This document shows, piece by piece, positions 9,107 to 18,706 of a stretch of 64,000 nucleotides of DNA. A program made the translations under genes and the position numbers. Source of the DNA: a virus; IMG/VR virus record IMGVR_UViG_3300045988_122072, positions 64,001-128,000 of that record; one strand, given 5' to 3'. The notes beneath the pieces were generated by a model. It was not told where the DNA came from. It searched no databases and saw nothing but the letters and a program-made list of their open reading frames with translations. Positions within the stretch are counted from its first letter, which is position 1; each line of letters starts with the position of its first letter.

Positions 9107-10686
9107 TGAACAAAACAGATTTTATTAATGGAGTTTTTGAATTGTATGACGAGAGACTTTTAGAATCTAGATTAACAGAAGAAGGTAATGTTTGTGGATG
9201 TCTACTCAAATCATTACCTTTGTATGATGATTGTGGATTATCCTCTAAAGATTTCGTCACAAAATCAGGTCGGCTTTTATTTATAATTGGCAAACAAATT
9301 CGAGATAAAAAATATAGTGAGTTTGATGAAATAAGTTTTATTTCTAATACTAGTGAAGATGTTCGTAATAAAATTAATGATGAGTTTGGCGGGTTTAAGG
9401 CAATTCAAAATGTTATGGATGTTGTATCTATTAAAAACTACGATTCTTTTCTAGATGATTTGAATAAAAGCAATATTATTCTGTCGCTGTATAGGAAAAA
9501 TTTTAATGTTTTAGAAGAAATGACTTTAGATAACGGTAAAAGGGTAGTTCCATTTAATGTGTTTAAAAAACTAACTGCATCTGAGGTTATTGATTTTTAC
9601 GAAGGCACTTTAGCAACGCTTGATACAAAAATTAATTCTTCGAAAATTGTTGAAGAAGGTTATATTAGTTTCGGAGAAGATTTTGTAAACAGGCTAGTGA
9701 ATAAAGAGGAAATGGGTGTTAGTTTCGGATCTGCTGGGTTAGATATTTCTGGAAATGAAATTAGAACGTTCCCATTTATGTCAAACGATATTCTAGGATT
9801 AAAACATGGTACTTTATCATGCTGGTCGGCGCATTCCGGTGCAGGAAAATCAACCTATATGGTAACGGTGTGTATGTCATTAATTTCTCAGGGAGAACGT
9901 GTTACTGTAATTACTAATGAAAGCTCAAAGTCGGATGTAGAGGTACAGTTTTTAATTTGGCTTCTAACAAGATGTCTTGGCTATTGGAAAATTAATAAAA
10001 AGAAACTTGTATCTGGGAATTTAACAGACGAAGACCGTATTAAAATAAAAGAGGCACAGCAATGGTGGAATGAACATTATGCAAAATCTATTAAAGTGAC
10101 AAGTCTAAGTGATGCAGATGCAAGACTTACATGTCAAATTATTAAAAAGGATATTACTCGTGGCGGCTTTTCAACGTTTCTGGTAGATACTTTTAAGCTT
10201 ACTATTGATAATGGAAGCAACGATGCGGCGTGGATGAGTTTGATTAAAGATACAAGAAGTTTAACGGAGATTGCAATGAAATATAATGTTATTGGTCTTA
10301 TGACAGTCCAGCTTGCACTTAGTTCTTTAAATAGATGTTGGATTTCTTCAGACTGTCTCGCGGGGAGTAAAGCTATTAAGGAAACCCTGTCAAACTTGGT
10401 AATGTTCAAAAAAGTAACAGACATGGAACTTGACCCATCTTCTCCAGTTTTTATCCATCCATTTAGACATAAGCAAAAAGAAGATGGAACGTGGTATGAA
10501 GAAGAATTTTTCCCAGATAGGAGTAAAGTATGGAGATTATTTTTTATAGATAAATGTAGACGAGGCGCAGACTCTGGTGATACTGGAATTGCTTATTTGG
10601 TTAGATATGATGGGGACTTTTGTTGTTTTTATGAAACCGCGAAAGCAAGACCTACACATAAACTGATTAATACAGATGGTAGGTAA
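9106..10686 (+). CDS. DnaB-like replicative DNA helicase
   Basis: Walker A AHSGAGKST and Walker-B-like FLVDTF in a roughly 250-aa C-terminal RecA-like domain; replication context. Confidence 0.75.
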   Translation: MNKTDFINGVFELYDERLLESRLTEEGNVCGCLLKSLPLYDDCGLSSKDFVTKSGRLLFIIGKQIRDKKYSEFDEISFISNTSEDVRNKINDEFGGFKAIQNVMDVVSIKNYDSFLDDLNKSNIILSLYRKNFNVLEEMTLDNGKRVVPFNVFKKLTASEVIDFYEGTLATLDTKINSSKIVEEGYISFGEDFVNRLVNKEEMGVSFGSAGLDISGNEIRTFPFMSNDILGLKHGTLSCWSAHSGAGKSTYMVTVCMSLISQGERVTVITNESSKSDVEVQFLIWLLTRCLGYWKINKKKLVSGNLTDEDRIKIKEAQQWWNEHYAKSIKVTSLSDADARLTCQIIKKDITRGGFSTFLVDTFKLTIDNGSNDAAWMSLIKDTRSLTEIAMKYNVIGLMTVQLALSSLNRCWISSDCLAGSKAIKETLSNLVMFKKVTDMELDPSSPVFIHPFRHKQKEDGTWYEEEFFPDRSKVWRLFFIDKCRRGADSGDTGIAYLVRYDGDFCCFYETAKARPTHKLINTDGR

Positions 10687-10761
10687 AATAAATAAGAAAG
10701 GAGTATATTGTGATTATTAAAAAGAAACAATAAGAAAATAATTTATATATGGTAAAACATT

Positions 10762-12207
10762 ATGTCTAAGAAGAAAACACATGAAGAATATATATCAGAG
10801 GTACAAAAGAAAAATCCTAATGTAGAAGTAGTAGAGGAGTATCGAGGGAAAAGGGAAAAAATTTTACACAGATGTAAAGTTTGTGGACATCAATGGCCAG
10901 TATATCCAGGAAGTATTCTACAAGGATATGGATGCCCAAAATGTGGTAGAATTAAACAGGCAAACTCTAAGAAAATGTCACACGAAAAATACCTATCTAA
11001 ACTATCTAAACTAAATTCAAACATAGAAGTATTAGAAAAATATAATGGCATGTCTGTGCCTATACGGCATAGATGTAAAGTTTGCGGATATGGTAAGAAT
11101 GGGGAATGGAACCCTAAACCTTGTAATATTTTGCACGGAGATGGCTGCCCAGTGTGCTGTTTTCCCCCTAAAAAAATCGGCCAACCTCCAGAGTATAAAA
11201 ATAGTATATGGGCGAGTGAATATAAAAAATTAGCGGAGTATTATGGTATGGCAGAGGAGCAAATGAAAGAAATTATGCCCATGAGTCATAAAAATATAGA
11301 TATAAAATGCCCAAATTGTGGTAATATTAAATTAATAACTCCAATGCAGTTATTTAAAACAGGACTTAGTTTCTCAAAATGTTCAGACGGAATTAGTTAT
11401 CCTGAAAAATTTATGATATCATTATTAGATCAACTTCATTTTAAATATCAATTACAATATTCTCCTAATTGGGCAGATGATAAAAAATATGATTTTTATA
11501 TTCCAAATTATAATTGTATTGTCGAAACACATGGAGGGCAACATTATAAAGACCAAAAAAGAGGAAGGTCTCTAAAAGAAGAGCAAGAAAATGATCTATT
11601 AAAGGAGAATGTTGCGAGATTAAATGGCATTATAAAATATATTGTTCTTGATTGTAGAGAGTCAGTAGAAGAATGGATTAAAAATAGCATTATGAATAGC
11701 GATATACCAAATTTATTACATTTTACAGACAATGATATTAATTGGAGTAAATGTAATATAGACGCTTTAAGTAGTAAAGTTAAATATGCGGCAGTTTTAT
11801 GGAGCAATGGATTATCAATTGGTAAAATTGCAAAGAATATAAATGTAAATGCATGTACGGTAACAAGGTGGCTTAAAAAAGCGGCTAATTGTGGGATGTG
11901 TGATTATACGCCAGAAAAAAGTAAAAAAAGGCAAGGAGAATTAATGAGAGGAAGGACTGTCTCAGAAGAATCTAAGAGAAAAAATAGTGAATCACATAAA
12001 GGAGTTCAAACTGGTGAAAACGAGACAAAAGCACGCAAGGTAATTCGTTTAGTTGATTTTAAAATTTATGGCTGTCTTAATTATGCAGCACAAAATAACA
12101 ACATAAGCAATGTCACAATGCGAAATCGTTGTAAAGCTCACAAAGATTTTATGTACTACGATGAATGGTTGGCAGAACAAGAGAATTTGAAAGGAGAGGT
12201 ACTATGA
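10762..12207 (+). CDS. free-standing homing-endonuclease-like protein
   Basis: Repeated CxxC...CPxC ribbons; YDFYIP...VETHGGQHY (Vsr/DUF559-like); HTH LSIGKIAKNINVNACTVTRWLKK; NUMOD3-like SEESKRKNSESHKG. Confidence 0.55.
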   Translation: MSKKKTHEEYISEVQKKNPNVEVVEEYRGKREKILHRCKVCGHQWPVYPGSILQGYGCPKCGRIKQANSKKMSHEKYLSKLSKLNSNIEVLEKYNGMSVPIRHRCKVCGYGKNGEWNPKPCNILHGDGCPVCCFPPKKIGQPPEYKNSIWASEYKKLAEYYGMAEEQMKEIMPMSHKNIDIKCPNCGNIKLITPMQLFKTGLSFSKCSDGISYPEKFMISLLDQLHFKYQLQYSPNWADDKKYDFYIPNYNCIVETHGGQHYKDQKRGRSLKEEQENDLLKENVARLNGIIKYIVLDCRESVEEWIKNSIMNSDIPNLLHFTDNDINWSKCNIDALSSKVKYAAVLWSNGLSIGKIAKNINVNACTVTRWLKKAANCGMCDYTPEKSKKRQGELMRGRTVSEESKRKNSESHKGVQTGENETKARKVIRLVDFKIYGCLNYAAQNNNISNVTMRNRCKAHKDFMYYDEWLAEQENLKGEVL

Positions 12208-12536
12208 ATGAAGTATATTTAAGTAAACAGACTGTAAAAGTACTAAAAGATTTATTAAAGAAAGAAAATAATGAATTTGGAGGGAAAGACATTCCAGAAA
12301 ATGAATATGAAAATATAGAAGAAGAAATAAAAGAATTAAAAGATGTTTCTTTTGTTAAAATTACTTGGTTGCCACAGATTAATGAAGTAGAAGATAGAAT
12401 ATATCGTATTCAGATAACACAAGATGGAAAGAGTTATTTTAAGAAACAAAGAGAAAATAAATTTAGATTTTGGTTCCCAACTATTATTTCTATCGGAGCA
12501 TTTATAATGTCTATCTTTAGTTTTATTTGTGCTTAA
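12204..12536 (+). CDS. hypothetical protein with C-terminal TM segment
   Basis: Start ATG 12204 behind RBS GAAAGGAG, overlapping the upstream stop. Confidence 0.5.
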   Translation: MNEVYLSKQTVKVLKDLLKKENNEFGGKDIPENEYENIEEEIKELKDVSFVKITWLPQINEVEDRIYRIQITQDGKSYFKKQRENKFRFWFPTIISIGAFIMSIFSFICA

Positions 12537-12544
12537 TTCTCCTC

Positions 12545-12572
12545 TTGACAAACCGAAAATCTATGATATAAT
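12545..12572 (+). promoter_or_regulatory. sigma-A-type promoter (cctcTTGACAAA class)
   Basis: TTGACA, 16-nt spacer, TATAAT. Confidence 0.65.
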
Positions 12573-12574
12573 CA

Positions 12575-12589
12575 TAGTACAAAATTAAT
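12575..12589 (+). promoter_or_regulatory. leader motif copy (TAGTACAAAATTAAT)
   Basis: Begins 3 nt after the -10 box. Confidence 0.55.
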
Positions 12590-12605
12590 TGGAAGGTGAT
12601 AATAA

Positions 12606-13031
12606 ATGAGTAACTACACCGCTTACAATGCCGACATTAAGATTATCAACTCAGAACTCACAGTAGATAAAAACAGAAACCTGACTAGCTTCGATGCACT
12701 ATGTGAATGCAACGGCAACCAGCTTGTGCTTACATATGTTGCTGATTCTGGCAACACTCCAGAAGATTGGTGCTTTGCAGTTTTGGACAATATGTACAAC
12801 AAAGCACTAGAATACCTATCTGACGCTCTAACAAATGAGGAAGATGTATTTGTTAATGCGTTTAGATATAAGGATTCGCCAACCGCATATGATATCTATT
12901 ATGGTTGCGAAGACCAGTTTGAAACTCCAGCAGATGCAGCAAGATGGGTTCTTGCGCATGGAGGCATCGAAAACATCGGGCATTATTATACTGAAACTAG
13001 AGACGGAAAGAAGACCGCAATTGAATTTTAA
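12606..13031 (+). CDS. hypothetical protein
   Basis: ORF track; RBS GGAAGGTG. Confidence 0.6.
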   Translation: MSNYTAYNADIKIINSELTVDKNRNLTSFDALCECNGNQLVLTYVADSGNTPEDWCFAVLDNMYNKALEYLSDALTNEEDVFVNAFRYKDSPTAYDIYYGCEDQFETPADAARWVLAHGGIENIGHYYTETRDGKKTAIEF

Positions 13032-13068
13032 TATAAAGTAAATAATACAGAAAGGAGCTTGACAATGA

Positions 13069-14082
13069 GTGCTTAATGAAATCTTGCAAAAACTAAATGA
13101 AAATTCAGATGCAATTGTCGAGCTCCTTGACTATTATGAGTGCGGCAAAATAAAAGTAAATACACGCGAGGTAAGATTCGCTAGAGATGATAGATCAGAG
13201 AGTGGTCTTAATATATCAATTAGGCTTGAAAATAATGATGCGTGTCTTGTGAAAGACTTTGCACGTAGTGAAGTAAATAATATTATTTCATGGTTATGTA
13301 AAGAAAAGAATGCTGACTTCAAATCAGTTTTACTGACAGTTAAACGTATTCTTAATTTGTCTGATGATTGGAGACCACGAAGAAATACACCTAAACTTTT
13401 TGGAGGAGTTTACGACTGTATTATTAATAAAACTCAGCCTGAACCTAAAACATACCCAGAAGAAATCTTGAAGCAGTATGTTCAAATTGGAAATGAACTT
13501 TGGCTGAAAGACGGAATAAGTCTTGAAGTGCAGAGAGAATTTGATGTGTGTTTTTCTCCAGAAGATAATGCAATAATTTTTCCATGGAAAGATGCAAAAG
13601 ACGATATTATTGCAATTAAATCAAGATATAATGGTACGCCACCAGAAGGTATGAGCAAATATTTTTATCCTGTAGGCGGCAATATATCAAGCAGCCTATA
13701 TGGATATAGTCACAATTATCAATATTTATATGGAAATGATGTTGTTATTGTAGAAGCAGAAAAAAGCTGTCTACAAGGATGTACATTTGGATATAGAAAT
13801 ATTGTTGCAATTGGCTCAAACAATCTTAGTGAAGCGCAATCAAAGCTAATATTGCAATTGCAACCAAAAAGAATTATTATGGCACTTGATGAGGGTCTTG
13901 AATTTGAGCAGATAAAAAAGAATTTGGATTTATTAAAATCACTTGCTACAATGAGGCAAGTGGAGCTTTACTATTGGGATAGCACATTAGATTTAGACAT
14001 TCCATCTAAAGCATCTCCTACGGATATGGGAGCAAAAAAATTCAATGAAATAATGCAGGAACAGCTTGTAGAATATACTTGA
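13069..14082 (+). CDS. Toprim-domain primase-like protein
   Basis: VVIVEAEKS ... IIMALDEG resembles the Toprim E and DxD-type motifs. GTG start 12 nt after RBS AAAGGAG. Replication context. Confidence 0.5.
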   Translation: MLNEILQKLNENSDAIVELLDYYECGKIKVNTREVRFARDDRSESGLNISIRLENNDACLVKDFARSEVNNIISWLCKEKNADFKSVLLTVKRILNLSDDWRPRRNTPKLFGGVYDCIINKTQPEPKTYPEEILKQYVQIGNELWLKDGISLEVQREFDVCFSPEDNAIIFPWKDAKDDIIAIKSRYNGTPPEGMSKYFYPVGGNISSSLYGYSHNYQYLYGNDVVIVEAEKSCLQGCTFGYRNIVAIGSNNLSEAQSKLILQLQPKRIIMALDEGLEFEQIKKNLDLLKSLATMRQVELYYWDSTLDLDIPSKASPTDMGAKKFNEIMQEQLVEYT

Positions 14083-14106
14083 CAGATTAGTATTTTATGT
14101 TATAAT
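14079..14106 (+). promoter_or_regulatory. sigma-A-type promoter
   Basis: TTGACA, 16-nt spacer, TATAAT. Confidence 0.6.
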
Positions 14107-14108
14107 GA

Positions 14109-14123
14109 CAATACAAAATTAAA
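14109..14123 (+). promoter_or_regulatory. leader motif copy (CAATACAAAATTAAA)
   Basis: Begins 3 nt after the -10 box and abuts RBS GGAG. Confidence 0.6.
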
Positions 14124-14135
14124 GGAGAAATAATT

Positions 14136-14312
14136 ATGACACCTGAAGAATTCGCTAAAAAGGCGCAGAAAATTTATGACAAGCATGAAGGTTACGCAGG
14201 AGAAGATGGTCATATTGATATAGATCGTCTTATGACTGAATGCCTTGAAAGCTTAGGTTATCAAGATGGATGTGATATTTTGTGGAGTATGTCTAGTATT
14301 TGGTATGCATAA
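14136..14312 (+). CDS. hypothetical small protein (58 aa, below ORF-track cutoff)
   Basis: Hand translation MTPEEFAKKAQKIYDKHEGY...; strong RBS AAAGGAG 8 nt upstream. Confidence 0.45.
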   Translation: MTPEEFAKKAQKIYDKHEGYAGEDGHIDIDRLMTECLESLGYQDGCDILWSMSSIWYA

Positions 14313-14331
14313 AAATAAGGGAGAATTAATT

Positions 14332-14487
14332 ATGAGAAAGTTATGGCAAAAGATTTATTCGTTTTTCGGCTTTTGGCACTATTATGAGCTTATTTCAAAT
14401 AGGGTATACAAAGTAACATATTGGCGTTGCTTACCATGGGGAAAGTTTTTCCGAAAGTTTAATTTGTTTAGAAAGAGGGTATGGTGA
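14332..14487 (+). CDS. hypothetical small protein
   Basis: In frame with ORF 14266..14487; ATG 14332 behind RBS AAGGGAG. Confidence 0.35.
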   Translation: MRKLWQKIYSFFGFWHYYELISNRVYKVTYWRCLPWGKFFRKFNLFRKRVW

Positions 14488-14756
14488 CAATTATGCTAAC
14501 ACCGGAACAATACCAAGTATACGTAGATGTTGTTGATAAGTTTGACAAATATATTCGAGAACATCCAGAAGTTATAGAAGAGGCTGCGCGTAAGTATGCA
14601 GAGCAGTTTGTTGACGTTAAGGACGTTGCACTTGGAGACAAAGTTCCATTCACAAGAGATTATCACAAATGTGTCTACGAAGTTGGCTGTCATGGCAATC
14701 CAGTAGGTTGCAAGGACTATAAGAGAGATGCACCAGATGGAGGTTATTATGGATAA
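14481..14756 (+). CDS. hypothetical protein (start 14481 or 14493)
   Basis: ORF track; operon context. Confidence 0.5.
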   Translation: MVTIMLTPEQYQVYVDVVDKFDKYIREHPEVIEEAARKYAEQFVDVKDVALGDKVPFTRDYHKCVYEVGCHGNPVGCKDYKRDAPDGGYYG

Positions 14757-14777
14757 TATCACCAAGGAGAATGAATT

Positions 14778-15047
14778 ATGTTGATGAAAATTGCACACCA
14801 CAATGATGGTAAAGAAAAATGGCAATCACATACCTGTTATTTGTTTAATGATGCTGACGAACATCATAATTTTGATATAACAAACGTTTACGGACATGGT
14901 GAAACAAAAGAAGAAGCAATAGAAAATCTCAAGAAAGAACTTGAATATTATTTTAATGAACTTAATGCATTGGAAAAGATGCTTTACGAAACAGATGCAC
15001 TTGATAATGATATTGTTGAAGTTGATTGCCTAGGGAGGAAAATTTAA
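14778..15047 (+). CDS. hypothetical protein
   Basis: ORF track; RBS CAAGGAG. Confidence 0.5.
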   Translation: MLMKIAHHNDGKEKWQSHTCYLFNDADEHHNFDITNVYGHGETKEEAIENLKKELEYYFNELNALEKMLYETDALDNDIVEVDCLGRKI

Positions 15048-15241
15048 TGAGCGATATTAAAAATTTAAAGTGCTATTGTTGCAAATGCTATGATAGTTTT
15101 GATGGGTGTACAGCATGGTCATGCAAAGATGACTTTGAGATTAGTATTGATAAAATCAAGCAGGTGTCGAAGGAGTATGGGATAAGTATTTCGGACATTA
15201 CCGCGTTGATTGACTTTGAACGAAGAGGTGGTAGCAGATGA
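15047..15241 (+). CDS. hypothetical Cys-rich small protein
   Basis: ATG 15047 overlaps the upstream TAA (TAATG); RBS GGGAGG. Confidence 0.45.
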   Translation: MSDIKNLKCYCCKCYDSFDGCTAWSCKDDFEISIDKIKQVSKEYGISISDITALIDFERRGGSR

Positions 15242-15633
15242 ATTATATTATTGCGGCACTTATTGGTATTGTTGTATGGCAGATAATTTGTTTTATTGCA
15301 TATGAAGTCAGTAAAGAAAGTTGGGAAATCCTAGAATACTGGGCACTAGGATTTGTTGTTGTTACTGTAGGATTTGTTGGACTAGTATACAGAACGCTTC
15401 GTTTTAGATGGTGTAAAAAGCATCTAAATGGTTATAGATTTTACAATAAAGGAACTAGCCTTTACATGTACTATATGACAGATAAACAAGCACAGAAGTT
15501 GTATAGTGAAGGTGAAAATGAATGCTATATTATAAAGTGTTCAGAAGGATGTAATTGGAAATCTGCTCCACACAAAGGAGAAATTTACAAGGGGCAAGAA
15601 GTATTTCATGGTGGTGATATGAAAAAGTATTAG
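15238..15633 (+). CDS. hypothetical membrane protein
   Basis: Two N-terminal hydrophobic segments; ATGA start-stop overlap with the upstream gene. Confidence 0.5.
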   Translation: MNYIIAALIGIVVWQIICFIAYEVSKESWEILEYWALGFVVVTVGFVGLVYRTLRFRWCKKHLNGYRFYNKGTSLYMYYMTDKQAQKLYSEGENECYIIKCSEGCNWKSAPHKGEIYKGQEVFHGGDMKKY

Positions 15634-15647
15634 AAGGAGCAACCAGT

Positions 15648-15971
15648 ATGACGAACGAAGAAATTATTGCAAAGATTGCTGAACTGGGCGACCTTAAAGA
15701 TAATCCAGTAACATGGGGAGATTTATTTGAAGTCTTGTATGATATGAGCACTGAGATTATGCAAACAATACAAACTGCAGATGAGTGCCAAGACAAGGTT
15801 GTTGACAGCTTAGGACAACACGTATTGGAATTGTACAATGAAGCTGAGTATCGTCGTATGCGTAGTATGGCATTTGTTCTCGCTATTACTGGGCATACAG
15901 ACCCAACTAAATGGTATCCTATTTATGAAGAGTTTTGCAAGGAGTATGATAAGTTAAATAGAAAGGAATGA
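15648..15971 (+). CDS. hypothetical protein
   Basis: ORF track; RBS GAAGGAG. Confidence 0.5.
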   Translation: MTNEEIIAKIAELGDLKDNPVTWGDLFEVLYDMSTEIMQTIQTADECQDKVVDSLGQHVLELYNEAEYRRMRSMAFVLAITGHTDPTKWYPIYEEFCKEYDKLNRKE

Positions 15972-15977
15972 CATGTA

Positions 15978-16379
15978 ATGGGGTTAGACAATGGTGTTAT
16001 GTTAAAAGTCAAAAATGAAAAGGATTATGAAAAGGCACACTGCCTATTTAATCATGAATCATGGTATGAACCATGTGAATGTGAAGTGGCATACTGGAGA
16101 AAATGCTATGGCATCAGAAATGCAATTCTACGAGTGGTAGATCCAAGTGTAACAAATGAATATAGATTTCCTGTGACACTTGATAATATTGATGATATCA
16201 TCAAGACATTTAAGTACTTTCTACATAAGAAAGAATGGGAAGAGGAAGCGGATACAATCTGGGAGTGGGACGAAAATACGAGACGTAATCAAGCAAGGAA
16301 TTTAAGAGGATTGCGATGTTTGCGGCGTTGGCTCAGGAGACACCCAGATGATACTGCGTATTTTTATGACAGTTATTAA
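15978..16379 (+). CDS. hypothetical protein
   Basis: ORF track; RBS AAAGGA. Confidence 0.5.
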   Translation: MGLDNGVMLKVKNEKDYEKAHCLFNHESWYEPCECEVAYWRKCYGIRNAILRVVDPSVTNEYRFPVTLDNIDDIIKTFKYFLHKKEWEEEADTIWEWDENTRRNQARNLRGLRCLRRWLRRHPDDTAYFYDSY

Positions 16380-16389
16380 GGAGGGCAAT

Positions 16390-16638
16390 ATGGCAGAAAA
16401 AGATCAATTGTTGCAGAATATTTTATCACGTGTGGGACAATTTGAATATAATTTCGGATATGATTCTGTTAAGGCAATTTTTGTAAATGATTATGCATGG
16501 AAGCTGATTACAACGTACCGCATATATGAAATGCAATATTTCAATGGTGGTTATGGATGTGTCGGTAGGCTTTATGGATATTTAACGTACAGATATCATG
16601 ACGATAAGAATGCGCCAGATTTTTATATTGGCGTATAA
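16390..16638 (+). CDS. hypothetical protein
   Basis: In frame with ORF 16348..16638; ATG 16390 behind RBS TAAGGAGGG. Confidence 0.5.
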   Translation: MAEKDQLLQNILSRVGQFEYNFGYDSVKAIFVNDYAWKLITTYRIYEMQYFNGGYGCVGRLYGYLTYRYHDDKNAPDFYIGV

Positions 16639-16653
16639 CAGCACGAAATTAAT
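16639..16653 (+). promoter_or_regulatory. leader motif variant (CAGCACGAAATTAAT)
   Basis: Starts right after the stop codon and abuts RBS GAGGTG. Confidence 0.45.
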
Positions 16654-16664
16654 GAGGTGATATT

Positions 16665-16886
16665 ATGAAAAATGAAAAGCCTACGCGTTGTATTGATCCT
16701 GTCATAAAGTATTGTCAGAGCTGCGAATATGGTTGGATGTCGTATCCAGATTGGGTTGAAACGGTAGGAGACCTTGATGGATGTTGCTTCGATTCTGGTT
16801 GCATATATGGGCTAGAAAATACTCAACCTACGGAGGAAGAGCTTGCAGAGTTTAATAAGTGGTGGAATGAATGGAATGAGGTGTAA
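16665..16886 (+). CDS. hypothetical Cys-rich protein
   Basis: ORF track; RBS GAGGTG. Confidence 0.5.
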   Translation: MKNEKPTRCIDPVIKYCQSCEYGWMSYPDWVETVGDLDGCCFDSGCIYGLENTQPTEEELAEFNKWWNEWNEV

Positions 16887-16888
16887 AT

Positions 16889-17053
16889 ATGAAACAAACA
16901 ATTCAGTTAAATGCAAAAGATATTCAACAGCTAATTGCAAAAGAGTTTGGTGTTAAAGAAGAACAGGTACTTGTCTCGCTCAGCAAAGTATATAGTGGAT
17001 ATGGAATGGGAGAACATAAGGATTATGAAATCTATGCTACGGTAAATAAGTGA
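16889..17053 (+). CDS. hypothetical small protein (54 aa)
   Basis: Hand translation MKQTIQLNAKDIQQLIAKEFG...; RBS GAGGTG 6 nt upstream. Confidence 0.35.
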   Translation: MKQTIQLNAKDIQQLIAKEFGVKEEQVLVSLSKVYSGYGMGEHKDYEIYATVNK

Positions 17054-17064
17054 TGGTGATGTGA

Positions 17065-18672
17065 ATGAAGAAAAAATGGAATATAAAGATTGACGGTAGA
17101 GGACTAGAGCAGGACGAGATTATAGACTCCCTGCTCTCTAGTCGCAATATAGATAATGTTGGCGAATTTTTACATCCTAGTGAAGAAGATATATTACCGC
17201 TTGAAAAGCTACATAATATTGATAAGGCAGCCCAGATGATTCTTGATGGAGTAGAAAATTTAGAATCATTTTATGTTTACTATGACGTGGACGTGGACGG
17301 ATGCGGAAGCGGTAGTATTGCGACAAGATATTTAAATCATTTGGGTGCAGATGTAACAATTGGAATTAATAATTGGAAAGAGCATGGCATCAAGAATACA
17401 AATATTGATGATTTTGACGGCATTGATATTTTGTGGATTGTAGATAGCATTCAGGATTCAATTGAACCTTATAAAAAGTTTTTAGACAAAGATATTAAAA
17501 TTGTAATAAGTGATCACCACATTGTGTCAAATAAACTTGCAAAAGAGATGGAAGAAGTGGGAATCATTCTTGTATCTTCCGCTTATCACTATGAGAATCC
17601 TGACTTGAGTGGATCTTGCGTAACATGGAAAGTGTGCAAGATGATTGATGAACTATGTCTTGATGATTATGCAGACAGTTTAATTGACTTAGCAGCTACA
17701 GGGCTGATTGCAGATATGTGCAATATGATGTCGCCAGAGAATAGAGCAATTTGTGATAAGGCTTTTAAGAATTTACGCAATCCTGGTATTAAAAAGATTA
17801 ATGGTAGTTATGCTTTTGTAGCTAGAAATGTAAGCTTTGGAGTCTCGCCTAAAATTAATGCGGCCAACAGGGTTAATCATAACGACTTAGCAATGAAAGT
17901 GTTTCTGTCGGATGATGAAGATGAAATTGCAGAAATTGTTAAAGGTCTTAACCAATGTAGAGAAGAACAAAATAAAATTGTTGATGAAATTATGCCTAAT
18001 TTAGAAGAACAAGCACAAAGCCAATTGGATAAGAAATGTATGTTTTTCTTTATTCCAGATAATATTAAAGCTGCAGTTAGTGGGCTCGTCGCCAACCGCC
18101 TCCTGGAGCGATATAGCCGCCCTTTATGCGTGCTGAAGAAGTGTGAAGATGAATATAGCGGATCGATGCGAGCAACAGGCGTGAAGTCATTTAAGAAGTA
18201 TTGCGATAATACTGGTATTGGTTGGTGCTCAGGACATGAGAATGCCGCTGGTATTGGTATTCCAATTGCACAGCTTGATGAATTTAAGAAAAAGATTGAA
18301 GAAGAACTGGCAGATATTGAATTTGTATGTGAAACTTCGGCAGATATTCAACTTGATGCAGAGCAAGTAACGGACAACCTAATTAAGAGCTTAAACGCAT
18401 TAAATAGAATCAGTGGAACTGGGTTTGAACCGATTACTGTTATGGTTGAAACAGATAATTATTCTGTTAGCAGTATGTCTGGTGGGAAACATGTAAAGAT
18501 TATAGACAATGAGACAGAAATGATATTCGTAAAATGGAACTATAATGGTGATTGGGATTTTGATGGTACATTTAAGGCTATTGGAACGTTAGAGAATGCT
18601 CATTATGGTAGGAACAATTATAAGCAATTGACTATCCAAGATTTCAAGCTTGACAAATCGGAAAAATTGTGA
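17065..18672 (+). CDS. recJ: RecJ-like DHH/DHHA1 single-strand exonuclease
   Basis: YYDVDVDGCGSG, ISDHH and GHENAAG motifs. Confidence 0.8.
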   Translation: MKKKWNIKIDGRGLEQDEIIDSLLSSRNIDNVGEFLHPSEEDILPLEKLHNIDKAAQMILDGVENLESFYVYYDVDVDGCGSGSIATRYLNHLGADVTIGINNWKEHGIKNTNIDDFDGIDILWIVDSIQDSIEPYKKFLDKDIKIVISDHHIVSNKLAKEMEEVGIILVSSAYHYENPDLSGSCVTWKVCKMIDELCLDDYADSLIDLAATGLIADMCNMMSPENRAICDKAFKNLRNPGIKKINGSYAFVARNVSFGVSPKINAANRVNHNDLAMKVFLSDDEDEIAEIVKGLNQCREEQNKIVDEIMPNLEEQAQSQLDKKCMFFFIPDNIKAAVSGLVANRLLERYSRPLCVLKKCEDEYSGSMRATGVKSFKKYCDNTGIGWCSGHENAAGIGIPIAQLDEFKKKIEEELADIEFVCETSADIQLDAEQVTDNLIKSLNALNRISGTGFEPITVMVETDNYSVSSMSGGKHVKIIDNETEMIFVKWNYNGDWDFDGTFKAIGTLENAHYGRNNYKQLTIQDFKLDKSEKL

Positions 18673-18680
18673 TATAAATA

Positions 18681-18695
18681 CAATACGAAATTAAT
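18681..18695 (+). promoter_or_regulatory. leader motif variant (CAATACGAAATTAAT)
   Basis: Abuts RBS GGAGG of the methyltransferase gene. Confidence 0.5.
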
Positions 18696-18706
18696 GGAGG
18701 ACAACA

